Source of the DNA: a bacterium
Lineage (GTDB): Bacteria; JADJOY01
NCBI GenBank assembly: GCA_046331705.1
Contig: JAXLQJ010000003.1
Coordinates: 124,001-188,000, forward strand
Direction: 5' to 3'
Length of the DNA: 64,000 bases
Each line of letters starts with the position of its first letter. The stretch's first letter is position 1. Below are positions 57,901-64,000 of the stretch, piece after piece. Below the pieces are notes generated by a model. It saw only the letters and a program-made list of their open reading frames with translations. It ran no database searches and had not been told where the DNA came from. The position numbers and the translations under genes are program-made.

Positions 57901-58182
57901 GAGCCGCAACGGGCGCGACGAGCGGTCGGCGCGCGCGCCGAGGAACCAAGCACCCACGCCCAGGCCCCCGAGAAAGCACGCGACCACCGCGGCGTGCGCC
58001 GCCGTCGAGGCGCCGAAGACGCTGCGGAAAAGCCGGAACCATGCGGTCTGGTAGACGAGACCGGCGAAGCCCGACGCGGTCACCAGAAACGCGACCGCGA
58101 GCACGGGCTGGCGCGCTGGCTCGAGACGTGCGACGCCGCGCTCGATCGCCGCTCGCGCGGTGGGCTCGTCGCTCGGCCGCAT
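54943..58182 (-). CDS. Fused MFS-like membrane domain / spermidine synthase-like SAM-binding domain with helical C-terminus
   Basis: SGFAGLVYQTAWFR, LYGANTLG, LVNGKSDG, LVIGFGTGST, VLELEPAV, YDVIFSEPSNPY. Confidence 0.9.
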   Translation of the reverse strand: MRPSDEPTARAAIERGVARLEPARQPVLAVAFLVTASGFAGLVYQTAWFRLFRSVFGASTAAHAAVVACFLGGLGVGAWFLGARADRSSRPLRLYAALELGAALAAACTPWLIARLEPPYHALAVELGLAAPGRTALRLVITLSVLAAPTMLMGGALPAASRAVEGDDDGARRRAGLLYGANTLGALAGTLAATLLLLERLGTRATLGVGAGVGAAVAAVAAPARRAPRAEEPPAAARPRVAPPDGERASRVLAFAGAGLAGLGFGMLELVWYRMLAPLLGGSTYTFGLILALALAGVGLGGLAYGAYRRGARPTPAWLALVSAIEALAALAPLAAGDRVAELAIATRGFGDRGFGPLVCVWLGIAALVVVPAALVGGYQFPLFVALAGEGGRAAGRESGRVFAWNAAGNLAGALGGGLLAIPRIGAVATWRAAVWALASLALASSAAAIRAGDPARRWAWTAFGVTALVAALSFAPGPTAAWRHQPIGVGGTPRTFANRAAAHDYANAVRRTLTWERDGRESAIGISSADGDALLVNGKSDGNIRSDAATHAMGGLIPAALHPNPRLALVIGFGTGSTAAWLAQVPGIERVDVLELEPAVLELARRGAAITHDVLANPRVRLVLGDARESLGELTDHYDVIFSEPSNPYRAGVASLFTVDFFREAAARLAPGGLFAEWLQVYDLDAESLRLVYATIGAAFAEVETWETQLDTDLLLVASAMPLDHERVRLGARLATEPFASALEWVWGVDGLEGFYTGFLGSPRLARTLVSGAPRPIRPNTDDRNALEFAAARSLGHRDRVSVAELRAAAASANAARPVVASETIRWDRVRELRAARALAEEAPLAAFASADPDPRREARRRAREAYARGDVARAAWLWPELERVAGAGPAEEHAPMDRVVVAELLASRADERARDWIDAIGARRPATAECLWTLLADARHDPAGVAAHGLEALRVLRRDPWVHRPLLLRTLSALYGRAQGDAAFGRALFAALAEPFAVSILDDTRRTLRAEVGMGADFDALCVDALAPLEPWVPWREALLESRSRCYAARHDPRAADARRDLARFTAELRRAPSTPP

Positions 58183-58322
58183 GGGCTCGGCAACCTGCCC
58201 AAACTCGAAACCCCAAGCAACACCGCAACGCCAGGCGCGGCGAAGCGGGCCCGCTCGCGCGCGGCCACGCTGTTACGCTCGCAGCGCGCGCCGCAACCCG
58301 CGCGCGACACCCCGCGACGGCG

Positions 58323-59102
58323 ATGAGCTACCTGGGCTGGCTGATCACGATCTCGCTCGCGTTCGTCGTCCTCGAACGCGTGCGGCCCGCGCGCCGGGAG
58401 CAACCCGCGTGGCGTCCCCAGCTCCTGAACGACCTCGCGTATCTCGCCTTCAACGGCCACCTCTACGCGCTGCTCACCGCGCCGCTGGTGGCCGCCGTCG
58501 TGAGCGCGGTGTCGAGCACCCTGGCGCGGCTCGGCTGGCGGCCCGAGCACGCGGCGCTCGCGGGGCTACCGTTCGCGGTCCAAGCGCTGACGTTCCTCGT
58601 CGCGTGCGATCTCGGCCAGTGGTGCGTCCACAACCTGCTCCACCGCGTGCCATGGCTCTGGACGTTCCACAAGGTGCACCACTCGGCGCGCACCATGGAT
58701 TGGGCGGTGAACTTCCGCTTCCACTGGATGGAGCTGGTGGTCTATCGCTCGGTGCTCTACTTGCCGGTCGCGTGGCTCGGCGGAGATCCGGGGCCGCTGC
58801 TCGCCGCGGCGGTCTTCGGCACGTTCTGGGGTCACCTCAACCACGCCAACGTCGACCTCGATCTCGGCCCGTTCGGCTACGTCATGAATGGACCGCGCAT
58901 GCACCTGTGGCATCACGACGCGTCCCCCGAGGGAGGTCGCCACGGCAAGAACTTCGGGATCGTGCTGAGCGTGTGGGATTGGATCTTCGGTACCGCGTAC
59001 TGGCCGCGCGATCGCGTGCCGGCACAGCTCGGCTATCCGGGCGACGACGAGATGCCGCGCGACTGGCCGCGCCAGCTGGTCTTCCCGCTCGCGCGCGATT
59101 GA
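58323..59102 (+). CDS. Sterol desaturase / fatty acid hydroxylase family protein
   Basis: His boxes HNLLH, HKVHHS, HLNHAN, HLWHH; NFGIVLSVWDWIFGT. Confidence 0.93.
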   Translation: MSYLGWLITISLAFVVLERVRPARREQPAWRPQLLNDLAYLAFNGHLYALLTAPLVAAVVSAVSSTLARLGWRPEHAALAGLPFAVQALTFLVACDLGQWCVHNLLHRVPWLWTFHKVHHSARTMDWAVNFRFHWMELVVYRSVLYLPVAWLGGDPGPLLAAAVFGTFWGHLNHANVDLDLGPFGYVMNGPRMHLWHHDASPEGGRHGKNFGIVLSVWDWIFGTAYWPRDRVPAQLGYPGDDEMPRDWPRQLVFPLARD

Positions 59103-59161
59103 GCCCGCGCCGGGCCGAGTCGCGTCGCGAGGGAACGTGACGCCGCCCAGCGATCGCGCGG

Positions 59162-59659
59162 CTACTGCGCGCCGACGCGCAATCGGTCGCGCGCCCAGCG
59201 CGCGGCGAAGAATCCCCACAGCGGGAAGAGCACGAACCACTGCATCACCAGCCCGCCCGTCGCGAGACCCGCGGTACGGGCAACGCTCGTGAGCACCGGC
59301 CCGCCGCCCCGCGCCGCCGCGAGCGGCGGCAGCACGGTGAGCGCCAGCTCGACCAGCAGCACCACGCCGAAGGCCGGCACCCAGCGAACGCTGCCGCGGA
59401 GAAACGCGATGCCGATGCCGAGCAGCGCGACGAAGCAGCTCGCGGCCAGCGCGGCACCAACCACGAACGCCTCGACGGCGAACGGGGCCTCGGCCGTCGC
59501 CGCGCGCAGCTCGCTCGCCGCCGGGCGGAAGAACGCGAACACCGCCGCGGCGCTGAAGAAGAGCCCGATCGTGCCGAAGAGGAGGTCGAGAACTCCAAGC
59601 GCACGCAACATGCGCGCGGGCTCGGGTCCCGCCGGTCGCGACGTCGACGTGGTGGTCAT
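59162..59659 (-). CDS. Hypothetical membrane protein (about 4 TM)
   Basis: GGGAG RBS downstream of uup; four hydrophobic segments. Confidence 0.6.
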   Translation of the reverse strand: MTTTSTSRPAGPEPARMLRALGVLDLLFGTIGLFFSAAAVFAFFRPAASELRAATAEAPFAVEAFVVGAALAASCFVALLGIGIAFLRGSVRWVPAFGVVLLVELALTVLPPLAAARGGGPVLTSVARTAGLATGGLVMQWFVLFPLWGFFAARWARDRLRVGAQ

Positions 59660-59674
59660 CCGCTCTCCCGTCGC

Positions 59675-61570
<1,896 letters not shown>

Positions 61571-61794
61571 GGCGAGAGTGAGGTGAGCTGGCGCGAAGGC
61601 GGTGCGTTCGAAAACCCACAACGATGGTCGAAGTGCCCGCCGCTGTCGAGCCACGAGGTCGAGACGCGACCCAACGCGGTGCTCCGAGGCTGCTCGAGGC
61701 CTCGACCCGTTCTCGTTTGCGGTCGCTCGCAGGGCGTTGGTAGGATCCGCGCGCCCATCGTTCCGCTCAGGCTCTTCCCAGCGGACAGGCGCCG

Positions 61795-64000
61795 ATGCGA
61801 GCGCACGTCGCACATCCATCCGCCTCGCGATCGGCCGCTCGTCTCTTCGTCTTCACGATCACCCTCGCCGCCTGCGGCGGCTCGCGCGGCGGCGGCGTCG
61901 CCGTCGACCCCAGCACGCCGGGCCCGGTCGCCACCCACGAGCTGCTGTGGGGAGGCGAGGGCAATCGCCTGCGCCGCTACGACCTCGACACCGTGCGGCG
62001 TCCGCCGCTCGTCCAGGACGTCTTCATCCCCAGCGACGACGACGGCACGGCGACACCATCCGACGCGATCCTGCGTCCGCGCGCGCCCGCCAAGGACATC
62101 AACGGACAGATCTGCCTGCTCCACGACGGCAGCGCGTTCGTCGCCGGCGAGGACACCCATCAGCAGCACCCGCCGGCGGGCTGGGGGATCTTCGACCGCA
62201 CGGGCACGCAGATCGGCAAGCTCTCCGCCACCTACTACGTCGAGGGGCCCGAGCCATTCGGATGCGTGGTCGATGCCGATGGCCGCCTCTTCACCACCGA
62301 GGTCGGCAACCAATCGTTCGGGCACCCGCAGGGACAAGTCATCCTCTGGTTCCCGCCCTTCGACGGGTTTCCCGGTCCCGCAGGCGCCTACCCGAACACC
62401 GACGAGCGCAGCTCGAACTACTGCAAGCTCGCGACCGACCTGAGCACCGCCTCCAATCTGGCGGTGGACGAGCAAGGCCGCATCTACGTGACCGAAGCGG
62501 GTGCGTTCACCGTGCGTCGCTACTCGCCGCCCTTCCCCACCTCGCCCGACGCCGCTGGCGGCTGCGGCAAGCGCGACGCGCTCGGCTCACCGCTCGCCGA
62601 CGAAGTCCACGAGGAGACGTTCATTCGCGATCCCGGCCACCTGCTGACTCCCGCGGGCCTGGCTCGGGCACCCAACGGCAACTGGTACGTGTCGAGCGTG
62701 TTCACGGGAGTGATCGCCGAGTACGACCGCGATGGGCAGTTCGTGCGCGACATCCTCAACCCTGGCCCGCTCGCGATCCTGAACCTGCCGATCGCGACCG
62801 GCCACCCCAACGGGCTGGCGGTCGATTCCCAGGGCGACCTCTACTACGCCGACATCCGGCTCGCGATCACCGCCGGCGGCATCGACCAGCAATCGGGTGG
62901 CGGCAAGATCTGGCGGATCGGCTTCGTCGACGGCGAGCCCCAACCACCGCAGCTCCTGCGTGAGGGTCTCGACTTTCCGGATGCCGTCTCCATCCTGCCC
63001 GGCGACCTGGAAGACACCGCCGCCGATTGGCCGACGCTCTCGGGCGGACCGCGGCGGCTCTTCTTCAACGACTTCGACGACACCTGGAGCGCGAACGCCA
63101 TCCTCGACGAGCGCGGCGGCTCGCGGGTGCGTGAGGCGTGGGAGCATCCCACGGGCGCGATCGTGACCAACTCGCCCTCGATCGCGCGTATCGCGCTTCC
63201 CGAGGAAGGCGTCGTGCCCGTGGTGTTCCAATCCTCGTGGGACGGCAACGTGTACGCGTTGCGACTCGCCGATGGCCGCGAGCTCTGGCGTTTCACCACC
63301 GAGCCACAGCCCGGCGCCACCTTCCCGTCCGCGGGGTCGGCGCACGTGGAGAACGTCGACGGCGAGACGCGGGTGTTCGTGGCGGGGGGTGAGACGATGT
63401 ACGCCCTCGACGCCGTGACCGGCGCGGAGCGGTGGCGCTTCCACGCCGGAACCGGCTGCCTGGGCGTCGCCGGCTGCGGTTTCGACAGCGAGCGGAACGA
63501 GATCGAATCCACGCCCGCGTTCGCCGAGGGCAAGGTCTTCTTCGGCATGGACGTGAACACCGACCCCCTCGGCAAGGGTGGGCTCTACGCGCTCGACGCG
63601 CGCGATGGCCGGCTCGCTTGGTTCTTCGACCTGGAGAGCGGCCAGACCTGCCGTCCCAACGCCGACGACACGATCCGCGCCTTCGACGGCTACCACAGCG
63701 AGGCCGAGCTGGGGCTGCCCGCGGGCTTCCTCGCCACCCGCGCGGGCTGCGATTTCCCTCGCAACAGGACGGGGTGCGAGGGGATCTGGTCGTCGGCCGC
63801 CGTGGACCTCGAGCGGCGCGCTCTCTTCACCGCCTCGACCAACTGCTACACCGACGACGATCCGACGACGTCGATTCCATCGCCGCCCATGCCTCCGTAC
63901 GACGAGGCGCTCTTCGCCATCGACCTCGACGGCAACCCGCTGTGGCGCTGGCGCCCGCGAGAGGTCGATCCGAGCGACCTGGCGTTCGGCGCCGTGCCCA
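61795..64000 (+). CDS. Lipoprotein with NHL/SMP-30-like and PQQ-type beta-propeller repeats (3' end outside the window)
   Basis: Not in the ORF track (no stop). Hand translation gives MRAHVAH...ITLAAC (lipobox), GLAVDSQGDLYYAD, SWDGNVYALRLADGRELWRF, YALDAVTGAERWRF, YALDARDGRLAWFF. Confidence 0.8.
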   Translation, partial: MRAHVAHPSASRSAARLFVFTITLAACGGSRGGGVAVDPSTPGPVATHELLWGGEGNRLRRYDLDTVRRPPLVQDVFIPSDDDGTATPSDAILRPRAPAKDINGQICLLHDGSAFVAGEDTHQQHPPAGWGIFDRTGTQIGKLSATYYVEGPEPFGCVVDADGRLFTTEVGNQSFGHPQGQVILWFPPFDGFPGPAGAYPNTDERSSNYCKLATDLSTASNLAVDEQGRIYVTEAGAFTVRRYSPPFPTSPDAAGGCGKRDALGSPLADEVHEETFIRDPGHLLTPAGLARAPNGNWYVSSVFTGVIAEYDRDGQFVRDILNPGPLAILNLPIATGHPNGLAVDSQGDLYYADIRLAITAGGIDQQSGGGKIWRIGFVDGEPQPPQLLREGLDFPDAVSILPGDLEDTAADWPTLSGGPRRLFFNDFDDTWSANAILDERGGSRVREAWEHPTGAIVTNSPSIARIALPEEGVVPVVFQSSWDGNVYALRLADGRELWRFTTEPQPGATFPSAGSAHVENVDGETRVFVAGGETMYALDAVTGAERWRFHAGTGCLGVAGCGFDSERNEIESTPAFAEGKVFFGMDVNTDPLGKGGLYALDARDGRLAWFFDLESGQTCRPNADDTIRAFDGYHSEAELGLPAGFLATRAGCDFPRNRTGCEGIWSSAAVDLERRALFTASTNCYTDDDPTTSIPSPPMPPYDEALFAIDLDGNPLWRWRPREVDPSDLAFGAVP

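Noticed and set aside
55024-58326. 1100-aa plus-strand ORF and 1053-aa alternative minus-frame ORF
   Set aside because: Shadows of the MFS/spermidine-synthase gene with low-complexity Arg-rich translations.

Overview
Very GC-rich bacterial DNA (roughly 70-75% by eye). The gene content resembles Acidobacteriota/Thermoanaerobaculia or a deltaproteobacterial-type MAG; this taxon guess is inference only. Most long entries in the supplied ORF track are antisense shadow ORFs. Positions 1-37.5 kb form a large cell-surface glycosylation locus. It holds a sulfotransferase-coiled-coil-GT2 gene with Wzm/Wzt, about nine GT-C-fold membrane glycosyltransferases (ArnT/PMT-like, YfhO, TMTC-like, GT87-like; one frameshifted), three 'sulfatase-like' enzymes with a Thr nucleophile, a PHP hydrolase and an SGNH protein. 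Interleaved are four unrelated secreted proteins that all end in the same short tag, [ILV]-F-x-[DHG]-[GAT]-F-[ED]-x-G-x(4)-W. A separately transcribed 220-aa secreted beta-sandwich protein (5465-6127) looks like a jelly-roll domain missing exactly that N-terminal strand. The best candidate for an undescribed system is therefore a split-domain, strand-complementation 'tag and catcher' mechanism for surface display of glycosylated cargo proteins; this is a hypothesis that needs structure prediction and binding tests. Positions 37.5-64 kb carry a GH31 relic, GST, a fungal-type vanadium haloperoxidase, yciH, ychF, a second wzm/wzt pair, a GH5 endoglycoceramidase-like lipoprotein, a MurJ-TolB-like fusion, an arylsulfate sulfotransferase that reads through its expected end, ALDH, LysE, an MFS/spermidine-synthase fusion, a sterol desaturase-like gene, uup and a partial beta-propeller lipoprotein. 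No rRNA, tRNA, CRISPR array or IS element was recognised.
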